The notes under the pieces were generated by a model. That model ran no database searches and was not told the DNA's origin. It worked only from the letters and a program-made list of their open reading frames with translations. This document shows positions 1 to 13,212 of a DNA stretch of 64,000 nucleotides, one piece after another (position 1 is the stretch's first letter; each line of letters begins with the position of its first letter). The DNA comes from Trichosphaerium sp. ATCC 40318 (lineage: Eukaryota; Protista; Tubulinea). The DNA lies in contig JALMLS010000527.1 of NCBI GenBank assembly GCA_038496445.1, forward strand, positions 1-64,000. Reading direction: 5' to 3'. Position numbers and translations under genes: made by a program.

Positions 1-304
1 TTTGTTTAGTGGATAGAACGTCAACTCACTGAAGCCAAGAAATACATGCCAATGGTATTACTACCCTTAACCAATCATACACTTTCTAACAATCATTTTA
101 GAGCAAGGGAGGTATCCGTAAGTAATTTTATTTGGCAAATACAGAGTAATTACTGTCCGAAATAAACAAAGGTTTTGTTTTCAAGAACCCGTTCTAGTTT
201 TTATGAGTTTTTTGATTAAGCAAGTAACTTTTTTGAGACTCCTCAAGATTGATCACGTGATTAAAAAATGCACCGAAAATAAATTAAAGTGACACAAGTA
301 TAAT

Positions 305-2369
305 CTATTCATTGTCATCATCATCATCATCATCATCGTCGTCACTGCCGTCCGCGCGTTCAAAGTCAGAAGAGTCGTCTTCATCATCTTCATCATCTTC
401 ATCTTCTTCGTCACCTTCGCGCAGTGGCCCACTATCGGTTGAATCAGATTCGCCATCAGAACTAGTATCGGTTGAATCAGATTCGTCATCAGAACTAGAT
501 GAAGAAATAGAATCAAGATCTACATCACCACCTGAAAATAACTTTGGTTAGCAGGTCACGCATGAAAACTACGAAGAAACAAAACCCAAAAAAAACGTTT
601 GGTTACCAGACAAAATAATTTTTTGACTTCTTCCTCTTCTTCCCATAGATGTTCAGCCTCTTCCAAAAGAGCAACCATACAGTCGTCATCACAACTAGAT
701 TTTGTAGCTTTCTTGAATAATTCATGATCACGTGCAAGTAGCTCACCCATTTTCTCTACAGCCCTATGTTCATGTCTCAATTCCTTTGAATAAAGATGCT
801 TCTTCTTAGCAAGAAGATCAATCTCAACTGATTTATCCAGCAAAAACTGTTCTTTCTCAGCCAACTGTTGCTGTGCCTTTTCTACCTCATCATGCTCTTC
901 AGCTAGCTTCTTTTTAACCTTCTTAACAGCAGCACGCTTCTTTTTAAGCTTAAGTTGGAGCTTATCCAATAACTCTTTTTCTTCGAGGTACTGCATTCGT
1001 ACTTCTGAAGCTTTATTCTCCAAGTCATGTTGAGCATCCAAAACTTCTTTTAACTGAAGTGCAGCCTCATTAATAACTTTTTCAAAGCTTGCCTAAAATA
1101 ATTCTACTTAGTACAAACACGTGACGAGAAAAAAAATCACGTGACACATATTGAAGTACCACGTGACTGGACTGAACTCATAGTACCTTCTGCTTCTCGC
1201 GCTTTTCCTCGACGGAAACGTAAATACCATGAACAATACGAACAAGCCTCCAAAGACGGAAAAGAAGAAGAACAACTCCGACTGAGTCTGCAATGAATAT
1301 ATCAAATAGTAATGATAAAGTCACAACAAACAGATCAATAACATAAAGAGGTTTTTTAAAGAAATCAATGCCAAAAGCGAAAATCAGTGATAGTAGCTCA
1401 ATCTATGGTACAAGTCAAAAAAAAAACGGTTGATAACAAAACCATAGTAGACAAAAGAATAAGGTGTTTGTCGTACCTCGAAAACTACGAGTATAGCTTT
1501 TGATAGAGCAGAGAGAACCTCTTCGAATATCTCTACTCCTTCGATATAAATTCAAGCTCTGATGCCTAAGCAGTACAATCAACAAAAAAAACGAATATAC
1601 TATCCCTCCTTGTTTCTCCCAAGAATTAACAATTTGCAAAAGAAAGTATATACAGACAATCCAAACTACGCTAATAAAAACACCACTACGTACATCTATG
1701 ATCTCCAAAATCTCCTCTTCGCTCTCAAAAACATATATAGTATTATTCCCACCTCCTTCATCGTCTTCTAAAAACGCTCTCTTGTTTTGACTTGTAGCAT
1801 TGAAACCTTCACAAACTTCTGTTTTATTAAGTTTATGTAATTCTGCGTCTTCCTTGATCTCTGGAACACCTTCTTTAAATGTTTCTATTGACACTTCAGT
1901 AATAACTATAACCACATCCAATAAAAGCAAAAAGACGAGGAAAGACTGAGCAATCTTTGATTCCCAAAACTTGCCAGTTTGATACCGGGTGTGTCTACAC
2001 AAATGATGAATCTATGCATCTCTACATAATAACATGTGTATGACGTACGCCCAGCATGTATTATTAGACTTTTTGGGTTTACGTGCAAATAAAAACCATT
2101 TCGAGTTAATACAAGTACCCCAAGACACTTGTTTTGAGTTATGGTAAACTATTCAAGGTATAAGAAGAGTATTTTATTGCAATAAAGACGTACGTGACCA
2201 TTCGTGTTTTAAAATACGTTTTGCGGTATCTATATTCTTCTTATCTACCGGGTAATTAAGTACGTAGTCAAAGAGGGAGTATATTAACATTACGTTCACG
2301 CAAAGGTACATGTTTATCCTTTCTCTTCTTCCCTTTCTTCTTACTGGCCTTCTTACTATTTTTGTCCAT
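305..2369 (-). CDS. HVCN1: Voltage-gated proton channel Hv1-like, multi-exon, with long C-terminal coiled coil and acidic tail
   Basis: S1 'FLLLLDVVIVITE' (D...E spacing as D112/E119), S2 'EEVLSALSKAILVVFEIELL', S4 'RLWRLVRIVHG' in the exon at ~1190-1400. Coiled-coil exon 556-1090; Asp/Ser-rich last exon ends TAG at 305-307. Start (MDKNSKK, 2369) is tentative. Confidence 0.85.
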
Positions 2370-2759
2370 AGGTATAAATACCTTGCAAGGTCTTTGGGGC
2401 AACCCGGCTCGTGTGAATAGGAAATAAAAATAATGTAGAAAACTCACTTTTTTTGACGTTGAAGTGTCGATTACTCCATGTGTTTTCGTAACTTGCAAAA
2501 ACCATCTCTTTTGGTAGATAACAAAAGAATAAAAAATAAAACGCCAAAGAATAGCACCATCATGTATAGCATGAACACCAAAAGAATGTGCACTCAAGCC
2601 AAGAAAGGTCACTCTTACGATATCAGCGAATATTCACGCGAAAACCGAGCCAGTTTTCATGTGAGTTTAAACCGTTGTTCGCACGTTGGCTTCCAACATA
2701 ATTTCTCCTTCTGTAGCAACAAGGTAGTTGTTTTAATAAATAAAAGTGTACAAGCCGAA

Positions 2760-4951
2760 CTAGCGGCAAAAAGAGGTAGTGTGACTACTGGAAGGATTCA
2801 TAAGATCCATCACTGTATTCGTCACTGTACTCATCAGTGTACTCGTCACTTTCGCTTTCGGTATCATCAGAATAATACTCTTCTTCATATTGAACTAACC
2901 CTTCACCAGTAACCTCTTCATAGCTAACAGGAGATAAGGATCGCGTGAACTTCAAGCAAATAACAAAAAATCACGTACGAATCTGAAAAGTCTTCGTATT
3001 CACGTGCAACTTCATCGCCTGGGTATACATCTACTCTACCTTCTTCTGATTCAACTTTTGTTGTATCAGCTTGGTATCTAACTTCAGCAGAAGACTATAA
3101 ATTGTAAGACATAAAATTAAAATAAAAAACAATAGTTAGTTGTTTCGCCACGTACGGAATCCATTGGTACGCCTGCAGATGGTGTTTGCACATGAGTTGT
3201 TGTAAAATTAACAAGTTCATTTTCGTCCTCTTTCTTAGGTCCACTAGACCCACTAGACGAACACGAACAAGAACAAACACTGCAGCAACAAATAAACAAA
3301 ATAATTAGTGCAATCAATATTGCAGCGCCTAAAAATTCATTAGCTCCCTTTCTAACTACAACCTCTATTAAAACATACCTGCACCGCCACCAATACCAAT
3401 CCATAGTGCATTTACTTCCAAAAAAGATTGTTCATCTGCAATACAATCAACACATTCTCGTTCAGATGATGAAGTAAGAGTTGAAGGCGTAACAGCGGCA
3501 GGAGATGACTAATAGAATAAGTAAACTTTTTCCAACATAAAGGTACTGTACAGTAACCGTTGCATCTGTTGTATTGGCTTGTAGCGCAGCTTCAAATCCA
3601 GCAGTTGAACCCTAATTTGTGTTAAGGCAGCCAAGAGAAAAATACCACATACCAAAAATGTAGCAACAGGGGTAGCTGCGTCAGTACCATTAAAACGTGC
3701 ATTATAGCTTGTAGTTTGCTCAATACTCTTCTTTGAAGTCGGTTGTTGTGTAACAACAGGTCTAATACCTGTTTCTTGCTGAAGAAAGTCTTCAGCAAAT
3801 ACAATTTCAGCACTATCAAGTGGTCTTGAAACAGCAAAGACTACGTCTACTGATCCAACGACACAACGTGGACTATTGGGTCCAAATGTAACTACACCAC
3901 GCTTGTATAGCAGTTAGATTAGGTGCCTATAACATTAACGTACACCAAGAGTCCATGTTCCTTCAGTAGTGAACGAAAGTTCAAAATTTCTTACAGGAAA
4001 AAAAGGAGCTGTTGAAGTGAAATCCGTAGGTTGACCACGTGCCTAAAGTAAGGGTTTAGATATTCATTTGCAACAAGATTAAAATTTAAGCTTACGCCTG
4101 GTTCGGAGAAGGTATTATTTGATTCGCCAGCAACCAAGTTTAACACAGGTTCCTGAAAAATGATAAGATGTTTGTACTAGAGCATTAAAACACAAACCTG
4201 AGATAAAAGATTCCATCCCAAGAGAGCTATGAAGCTACCAGCAGATTGTCCAGGTAAAATACAATCGAGGCGAGGTTCTTGCGCGGGTTAGTTCATGCAC
4301 ATGTGGAAGTTATAAATGCGTACCTATCGCCGGGAAAGAGGCAACTGACACTTCTGTAGGAGGTTCAGTAGTTGGTGTGGTAGTTGTAGGCGCAATAGTT
4401 GTATTTGTGGTATTAGATGGAGCTACAGGTGCAGTTGGCATAGTTGGCGCTTCTGTTGGTGCCTCAGTTGTTGGTGACGCTGTTGTTGGCGCATTTGTAG
4501 GCGCAATGGTTGTGGTTGGTGGTTCTGTAGGTGATTCTGTTGTAGGTGATTCTGTTGTAGGCGCTTCTGTAGTTGGAGTTTCTGTTGTTGGTACGTCAGT
4601 GGTAGGAGGTACGGTAGTAGGAGCGTTTGTTGTTGGGGCGTCAGTTGTTGGTGTTTCTGTTGTTGGTGCGTCAGTGGTGGGTGGTACGGTAGTAGGAGCG
4701 TCTGTTGTTGGCGGCGCTGTTGTTGGTGGGTTGGTAGTAGGAGCCGTAGTTGTTGGTGCGTCAGTGGTGGGAGGTACGGTAGTAGGAGCGTCTGTCGTTG
4801 GTGGCGCTGTTGTTGGAGCCTCGGTAGTAGGAGCATCTGTTGTTGGTGGCACCGTTGTAGGTTGTACAGTTGTTGGAGGCGCTGTTTGCGCTTGCACAGC
4901 AATAAACGCAAATAGCGCTACAATGATAAATATATCAACAATAGCCCTCAT
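2760..4951 (-). CDS. Type I membrane mucin-like protein: signal peptide, PT/Thr-rich repeats, TM helix, acidic cytoplasmic tail
   Basis: MRAIVDIFIIVALFAFIAVQAQ signal, (PTTEA/PTTDA/PTTVP)n stalk, TM 'ILIALIILF' with Cys cluster near 3260-3330, acidic tail to ~2760; several short introns. Confidence 0.75.
4340..4885 (-). repeat. 15-nt (5-aa) coding tandem repeat PTTxA/PTTVP
   Basis: Roughly 30 imperfect PTT-based pentapeptides in ORF 4310-4963. Confidence 0.9.
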
Positions 4952-5064
4952 GAAAGATAGCAAGCTCTATTTGCAATTGCTGATTTGTGTTGTTTGTTTG
5001 ACTAAAAACTACCAAAAGTTTAGCGTTTTTTTCTATTGTTTTGTTGCAATAACACTGAGAAACC

Positions 5065-5897
5065 ATGCTTCGCTTCAGCACACGCTTTTCTAGCGCACTT
5101 CGCACAACCCAACAAACTCAACAAGTGAATAGCGTCCGTAATACGCGCTATACTCGCGCTTCCGTTAGAAAGTATTGTTCAGCGGGTGCCGGTACGCCAA
5201 AAGAGCATTGCGAATTGTAAGTTTTTCTTACGACTATCCAATAGAACCAGAAGACTACAAGTACTCCAAAACCCACGAATGGGCTAAATTGAACGACGCT
5301 GGAGACTCAGCCACCGTTGGCCTCACAAACCACGCACAAGATGCTTTGGGCGATATTGTATTCGTAGAGCTTCCTGGTCCGTTATTTTAGCGCCCATAAA
5401 ACGAAGCTGAACAAATAATTTTTTGAAAACAAATCTTTCCGGTTTTGAGGCGCAAAACTCATACAAGTGTTAGAAGTCGGTACTACATACGAAATTGGCG
5501 AGAAATTCGGAACAGTAGAATCTGTTAAAGCAGCCAATGATATTTTTATGCCATTTTCTGGTACATGTACTGAAGTACGTAAATATGCAACCAAACAAAC
5601 GAACTAAGCGTTACTTAGGTAAACACAGCACTCGAAGAGGACGCAGCAACAATAAACAGAGCAGCTTATGGAGAAGGATGGCTAGCACGATTCCAAGTAC
5701 GTTGTTAATTTAATTGTTGTACAAGGACAATCCACGCGCCAATATTTCCGTTTTAAGAGTGTTTTAATGCGTTTCGGTTTAAAAAAAGACTTTCTGACGT
5801 TTTATTCTAGATCTCTGATATGAAACATATTGATGACCTTATGGATAAGCCTGCATACCAAGAACAGTTGAAAAAAGAGTCTGATGAGGATGCATAA
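5065..5897 (+). CDS. GCSH: Glycine cleavage system H protein, mitochondrial
   Basis: [29 protein letters not shown], lipoyl motif [16 protein letters not shown]; Arg/Ser-rich presequence [10 protein letters not shown]. Confidence 0.95.
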
Positions 5898-6155
5898 TTC
5901 TTTTTGAACTACAAACCTCTCTTGTACACCAAAAAGATTAAAACAACAAATATTTGTTGCATTGGGCTTTGTTAATATACGTGGAGTTCTTTTACGCATA
6001 AAAACAAAAAGGAGTTCACTAAGAACTCAGAAACTAAACGGTTTTTTTCTTCAGTTTTTGATTTTTTTTTGGAAGGCTTGAAGATCGGATTCTTGTTCTG
6101 TTCTTAGTTCTTTTTTTTGTCAAGTTCTGGTCTTGTTGAGGAATGGCACAAAGTT

Positions 6156-9100
6156 TTATTTTTTAGTTTTGCGTTTACCCCAGTTATTTGTTACAGGTTT
6201 ACTAACATCAACTCTTGGTGTTATTTTGACATCATCTTCATCATCTCCCAATAATGACAAAAAGTCCGTCTACGATTAACAGTCAAACCAGATTTCTACA
6301 ACAGTGTATTGCGTACCTTTTTCTTTGGTTTCTTTGGTGTCGTTTTTGCTTTCTTTGACTTTGGAGCAGAAGTAGACGAAGATGATCTATTAAGTGTAAA
6401 CAAGTGGAAATATTCAGTCAAAAAAACTTCCGTAGTCACGTACTGTTTTCTTTTACGTGATTTAGGCTCTGACTTTACTTTTGCATCTGTCATACTAACA
6501 TCTCCACCACCATTGTCATCAGCAGAATTAGTCTACAAAAGAGTGAGAACAAGATTTGTTGCAAAACAAAAAATCTCAACAAACTTTTCCCATTTTTTTT
6601 ACCTTATCGCCATTGTTTAACCCAAATGCATCAAGAGTACGTTGACGTAATGTATGGGCCTCTATAAAACCCTCTACATCCTCTTCACTATAATTTTTTC
6701 TTGTTTCTAGTATTTTTGTTCTAACTGCATCTTGTGTAAGATCAGCGCCTTTTTTCTGTGCAGCTCTTATTAATTTTGTTCTTTCAAGTTTTGTATCTTC
6801 TTTTATCTTATCAAGAACATACTTTTTAGTCTTTGCAATAGTATTATTCACCAGCCTATACACAAAAAGTTGTCAGACATGGGTCATGGTTATAATCGTT
6901 CCATTTTAGTGAGATTGAGATTCAGTCATAAAAACGTGAATAGTTTTGGTTCTTTTTCATAATTTGTGACAATACTAGCTCTTCGTGCTACTACGTTATT
7001 TTTTGGAGTAGTAAAGAAAATAATTTAATAGCTGAGTGGTGTCACTTCAGAAAGTAAATTTAATCCTTCACGGTAGGAAAAGTGTTTGAATACCAAAACA
7101 AAGTGTTTTTTTTTTTTGGGATGTTGACCATATTTAGTAAATTACGTACTCTGTGAGTGCTGTTTTTTCGTCTTTTGAAACAAAGTTATCCAAAGCCTTA
7201 TAAAAATCTGATTCTAATACAACAGAAGGCTTCCCATTAGCTACCAATGAGTTGTTTATTAGGTCCTAAAATAAAATAAGTCACAGATTCCACTTTTTTT
7301 CTTTCACTTACCTCCATATTCCTTGAGTCTGGTTTTATGCTCATACGGCTCTGTAAAGCAGCTTCTTCGTCCATGCTTGACGCGTTTTCTGGAAAGGTCA
7401 TGTAAGTCTAAAGACCTACAATCGAGGGATGTTTGCGTACGTAAATGTGCTTTTGTTGCTTTTTTCTTGGTGAACAGTAATATTTCATTAGGGTTTGCTA
7501 CTTTGCCTACAAAAGCTTGTCCAAACTGTGCGCTACTCATAGTATCGAAACCTCCCGAGTGATCAACCTAAAGCATTTGAGTGTTATTGAAAAGTAAAAG
7601 AAAGAGAAGAAAAGAACTAACCCGAAGGCGAATCAAAGGTTGTCGTGGTGGCAACTTTTTATCCTTTCTTTCTTTGTTTACTCGGGCGATCATTTCAGAA
7701 ACTCTTTGTTCTAGGAACTCTCTAACTGCTTCCTTATCTGTGGGATCAAGGCTTTCGGCTAAAGAAAAAGGAGTTAGTGTCAAGTTGATCTTAGATTTAA
7801 ACTCACGGTCAAGCGTAACATCCTCCATTACAAATGGTCGTACAGTTTTTAACTCTATAGGTACGAGTTTAAACTGTGTACCCTTTATTTCTAATAGTGC
7901 TATATGTCTTAAAAAGACAGTGAGAATGAATGATTAGACTTTACCATGAAGTGCGCACTTTTTTGTTGTTTCGTGTTCAGTCAAACTTGTAGCTATGCTT
8001 GAGCCTGGTTGAGATATATAAAAATTGGCTAAAAGGACCCATTAGCAATGTTAAATACCAGGTAAAGAGTACCTTCTGAGGATTGTTTCGGTACAACCTG
8101 ACAATCGTGTTCATGTCCCCAAACGACAAGATCAAAAAAATTTTCGAGAAATTTTTCGTGGATATAATTCTTTGGAGAATGAGCTACTCTGAGAGAGAAA
8201 ACGTGTCAGTTCAGGTAAAATTAATTGCGTTAAAGTTCTAATGTTATGTTTTTTGCTTCTTTTTGTCTAACCTGTTTTGATGAATTGTCATTAGACTGAA
8301 CCACTTGTCTTTTTCCTCAAGAGGTCTCATAAATTTAACTTTTTGTTCTCTGAAAGTTCTGTACAATCTCTCGTCCCTTATATATCCCAATCCGTACAAA
8401 GCAAGCTTCGTATTTCCTAAACAATTATTAGCCTCATTCATATGTCTATTATGTTTGTATATGATATGTGTGAATTGATAAACTATGTTTACCTTTCTCT
8501 ATTAGAACAGGATATACTGAAATGTCATCGACATTTTGACACTTTCCAAAATAATTTACAAGATTACTGACACTTAATATATCAAGCGCAGAATGTGCTC
8601 CATCCTATTTCCAATAAATATCCAATAAATAACGCAAAAATATCCAAGTAACAACACAACACTAATCGAAAAAAAAATTCATGTAATTTCATTTAAAAAA
8701 AAAACGTACACCTGATGGATCGTCGTGATTTCCATGTACAGCAAACATTGGATATTTTACATTATAATTAGGGTCTTCATAATTAACGTGTCCTTGAGTT
8801 TGTATGTAAGCATGTTGCCGAAAGATTTTATATCGTAATTCAAACCGTTATGTCGTAGGAAATAAAACAAAAGGTCCGCAGATGGCGCGTACCGAAAGAG
8901 TTGTTTGAAAAGTCTGAAACTACTTCAATTTCTACTTCTTTGTCGCCCATACAATGCTTTCTAATGATCTCCATTGTACGATAAAGCGTCTATTACAATT
9001 ATTGGATGAAGTTTTACGGAGACTAGCTGCGTGCCTTTCTAGAAGGCTTATTATCATGAAACAAATCGCCACCATGGAGTATCATATCTACCTACCCATT

Positions 9101-9433
9101 TGTGAGCTCGTAACGGTCTTTTAGAGGAATCTTACGTTACATGTATCTGCATAACCTAATATTTCGTCCCACGTTATAAACGAATCATCTTTGCGTATTG
9201 GATCGCGTTCCAAGTAGCCTTTGATTGAATTAAACAAAAAACGTTATTTTTTCTTTAAAACCCACGAACCTATGTGTGTGTCCGTTGTAATGAGTACGCG
9301 GATAGTGTCGGCATCTAAATCTTCCTCGGCGTCATCTTGGCTGTTACTAAAGGACAATCGCGTTAGTGTTAGTAAAAATGCGTTGGTACGTGTACGATTC
9401 GTTTTGCGATACTTCTTCTTCACTATCAGACAT
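6156..9433 (-). CDS. MRE11: Double-strand break repair nuclease MRE11
   Basis: Phosphoesterase motifs in spliced exons: [66 protein letters not shown]. Confidence 0.96.
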
Positions 9434-9648
9434 TTTGATTTGATGTAAAGTGTAAGTTCGTGGAAATTGCCGCCAAGAATATAGAAGTGTTCGACGACCT
9501 CCTGGTTGTTATTGGCGCAACCAACTTTAACGACAGCTTAAAGCAGTTCGATCTTTTGTCCGAAAACCGTTGTGGTCAATCAAAGTAGCTTTCAACAACA
9601 AAACTTACAGTTCAAAAAAACAATCTTCAACAACGCAATAGATTGATC

Positions 9649-11465
9649 ATGACTTCATTGGGCGTATAGATTGACCAAGTGATCAAATACTATCGCGAGA
9701 ATCATACCAAAGCATTTCACAAACCTAGAGATGAGAACACAACAGCAAATAAGGTCCAAAGGTATAGAAGCACTTGCAGGTGTTCATGTCATTAACCTTG
9801 ATGGTACTTCGGTTAACAAATAAAAGCATCGAAACACTTAAACTCGTTATTCGTAACAAAAAAAAAAATTACGCGTAACAAATTTTAATAAAAACCCCTG
9901 TTGACCATGACAACATTAATACCGCTACATTTGTTACCTATTCCAATAGTTTAAAAGTCGCTTCACGCAAAATAAAACGCAAACCGTTACACAATCATGA
10001 AATCGCGTAAACGCATTGCTGCTACGCGTCAATTACTGCTTGAAGGTGTCAGCCGGACGCAGGAGCAGGTGATAGCCTAAAATCGCTAAAATATCGCGCA
10101 CTCAGACATAAAACAATGTAAAAGCCAACAGGAAGAGACAAATGCAAACGACAGAGCAGATTGAAAGCTAAACAAAGTTATTGATGAAGGTTGGCGAGTT
10201 TTGACACATGAGCAAATTTTCCTTCCCCGAAATTGAGCATGTCTCTAAACACAGTAGCAAAACTGGGAGTTCCAATACAATGCAAAGACAGTGTTTGAGT
10301 GGTTGGTAATAAGTCAGAGTTAATTGATAGACTTTTAAAGGCACGTGATCCTACTTTTGAAAACAGCTTTAATATCCATATTAAGCTAGTTTTTGGGGCT
10401 GTTCAGCTGTGATACATTCATTTTATACAACTCACTTTGATGTTGTTGATCATGCTAATCAAACTAAATGGAGTACTTCAATGCCTGGGCAGTGTATAGA
10501 GCAAAACTATCGAATGATTACGGGAATTATGAAAATGACATCCCTGTAGCCATCACAGATTACAATATAGTATCCAAGTGTCCTGATCATGATCAAATAC
10601 ATCTTGTACTTGCAAAGGCCTTGTGTTATGGTGATGTTTTATAATTCTGAATAAATTGTATTTTTTTTTGTTGGACACTCAAAAAACAATCCAAAAAATG
10701 CTATCACCAATAGGTACCTTTAAAAAAGATGGTGTTAGTTGAAGGAGATGCTGTATTTCAGACGATCAAATGATCAATATTGACTAAGTGCACAATATTA
10801 GCATAAAAATGAATAGTTACAAACACACAAAAGATACAAAAAACCATTTTCTGAACCTGTTTGTAGCTAACTGTAGCAAACCTTTTACACCTAGAACTCA
10901 TATATAAGCAATATAAAGACGCTAGAAAGTGAAATTACTAAAAAATTTATTCAAGAGTCTGTGTAGTACATGCGACAACTTTGCAAAAATAAAAAAAAAC
11001 AATCTCAACAATTTTTGAGGTGTCTGTCAATTCTGTCATTACACTAAAAAACTTCAAGTTTAATGAGGTTTGTTTAATACCATTCTATTTTATGTGTTGT
11101 ATATATAAACAACAATGCTTGGACAAAAGATGGAATATTATTGCAAACTTTGTAACAAATACCGAAAAAACCCACTAAAATTGGAATCAGTCAGCTGACT
11201 TTGCTGGCTTGTTCACAAATTCCATGATCGCATCAAAGTATATCCTGCACTTGTAGGCATGATTAAAACGTATATGGCGTTTCTCAAAAAAAAATAAAAC
11301 AAGGACACTGAGTCACTTGACCAGGAAAAATTTGTTACGCGTAACTTTTTTTTTTGTTACGCGTAATGAGTTAAAGGTGTTCATACAATAAGTATTAACG
11401 ATTGTCGACATGTGACGGATGAAAGTCTTGGAAGATGCTCACACAATTTATCACAATTCAGTGAT
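9649..11465 (+). pseudogene. Pseudogene of the F-box-like/21-aa LRR family, internally deleted and split by a DNA transposon
   Basis: 9649: MTSLGV*IDQVIKYYRENHTKAF matches exon 1 of the intact paralogs (MSLPGISVDQAITYYHNSHKDQF). ~9760-9841: KGIEALAGVHVINLDGTSV...IETL. Resumes after 11371 as KGVHTISINDCRHVTDESL. Confidence 0.85.
9843..11370 (+). mobile_element. Degenerate piggyBac-like TIR DNA transposon (~1.53 kb) with TTAA(A) target duplication
   Basis: ~45-bp imperfect TIRs (CTCGTTATTCGTAAC-An-TTACGCGTAACAAATTTT / AAAATTTGTTACGCGTAAC-Tn-GTTACGCGTAATGAG). TTAA at 9838-9841 and 11371-11374. Internal remnants IHSFYTTHFDVVDHANQ..KW and FNAWAVY (10412-10500) resemble the piggyBac YNxxMGGVDxxDQ...NAxxxY region. 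Confidence 0.75.
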
Positions 11466-12257
11466 AGATGAAGATATAAAATTGCTTGTGGAATGATCTT
11501 CGCAGTCGCTTTGGGTAATTGTAAAAGACCACTTCTTGTGCTATATCTTAAGCGCGCACTACTGCGCATTTGATAAAAATATAAAACGCAGGTGAGTTTC
11601 AAATAGACAGATAACATATGTTATCCAAGTTTTTCGTTGTAAAAAACCCCCCTAAAATAGGTAATGAGCTGCAATTCAGCGCCTAATAATATAGTTGAGA
11701 TAATTTTAAGGTATTCGTGTTCGTTGAAGTATTAGGTTGACATGTAATTTGTTCACGGAGCCACTAGTTATTTCGCTTATCATTTTCTAGTTACTATTAA
11801 ACGTGGCGCAATGCGTCAAAAGAGATTCATCATAAACGTCACAAACTTGAAAAAACAGCTTGAATTTGGTGTATCAAAAATCGTATTACGTGCTACTGAA
11901 GCGCAGGAATTGTTCAATTGTTCACTAAACGCTGACCTGACCGGGTAATTATAATTTGCCCGTATCATGCGATTTATCTTCTACAACGCTACGTGGTATT
12001 TACAAGATTCGTATTGAGTGCTACATATACACAAGTTTTGTTCGAATTCGCATTAATCCATGCGTTGTCAGGACGGTTATTTTTAATTTGCCCGAAAAAT
12101 GTGATTTATTCTCACATTCTACTATACGTTGACATGTTACCTGTAGTGCACTAATATGTTTTGGCAATAGACGCACACTTAGTCACAAAAAGCGAACGAA
12201 TTCGTTTAAGGCAATATTGGCATAGCTACTTCCAAATTTAGTTAATCGCAGTTCACC

Positions 12258-13212
12258 ATGCACCTTCTCCTTATTCTTGCTTCAATATGTGTAGTAGCAG
12301 CGTCCATTCCTAACCTTCCGGTTGACGGGCATTTTGATGTATTTAAACCAGGACCAACACCACCATGGATGCCACCTCTGAACGCCAATATAACGTTTAG
12401 ACAACTTACTACAGACGATGGTGTAGTTATGACGAAAGAATTAGAGACTATACTAGATGACCCTAGATATACCCTACAGATATTTAAAGATGGCCAGGTA
12501 ACACATAAACATTTAATTTGTGTACTTCTTTCTTTCGAGGCGCGACAGGTCTTGCGTTTATCAGCATGCTGTCTCGCAACTAGAGATGGTATGGAAAACG
12601 AAATTGTGCTAAAGCAGGCGACATTTTCACTTTGAAATTTTTTTACCACGGTACTTGTAGAGCAACAAAAAATAGTAGTCGCTACAGAAATTACGTTATT
12701 TTTGTTTACAACAGCACAATGACAAGCCGTCGCAATGGCGATATTAGCCGTTTCCCATACCATCTCTAACAGAACCCTCTTCAATCAACAAATATTCCAA
12801 CCTTTTCTAAAGCATTGTAGTTGACGGCATACTATTGGAGTCCATCTAGATATATCGATTGCATAAAGAAAGTAACAGACACAGAATTAAGATCATGGGA
12901 AAATCTTGGCGGCTCTCGCTATACTTCTAAAGGTCCAGTATGCACATGGGATTTTGTGGGTACAGAAGGTAAGTACAACCTTAGCCTTAGCAGTGTTCGA
13001 AATTTTGACACGTGCTCTTTAGGCAATGTAAAATCCTTGAAGGGTTTTTGTCGATCAATTGATGGAGGCGATTTTCCAATCACAAGGAACTTCCCTGGAC
13101 TTCCTTCGGTTTCTGACTTTGAGGTATACTTTTTTCTCTTGGAAACAATAACGTTAACTCCTCCTATTAGGTTCCTGAGAAATGTAAAAACACAAAAGTA
13201 ACAGTGGAATAA
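12258..13212 (+). CDS. Secreted or lysosomal protein, multi-exon, possibly ependymin-related-like
   Basis: Signal peptide MHLLLILASICVVAA, spaced Cys, C-terminal 'DFEVPEKC'. Family assignment is a guess. Confidence 0.55.

Noticed and set aside
4377-5093. 238-aa Val/Gly-rich plus-strand ORF
   Set aside because: Antisense shadow of the PTT repeat exon.
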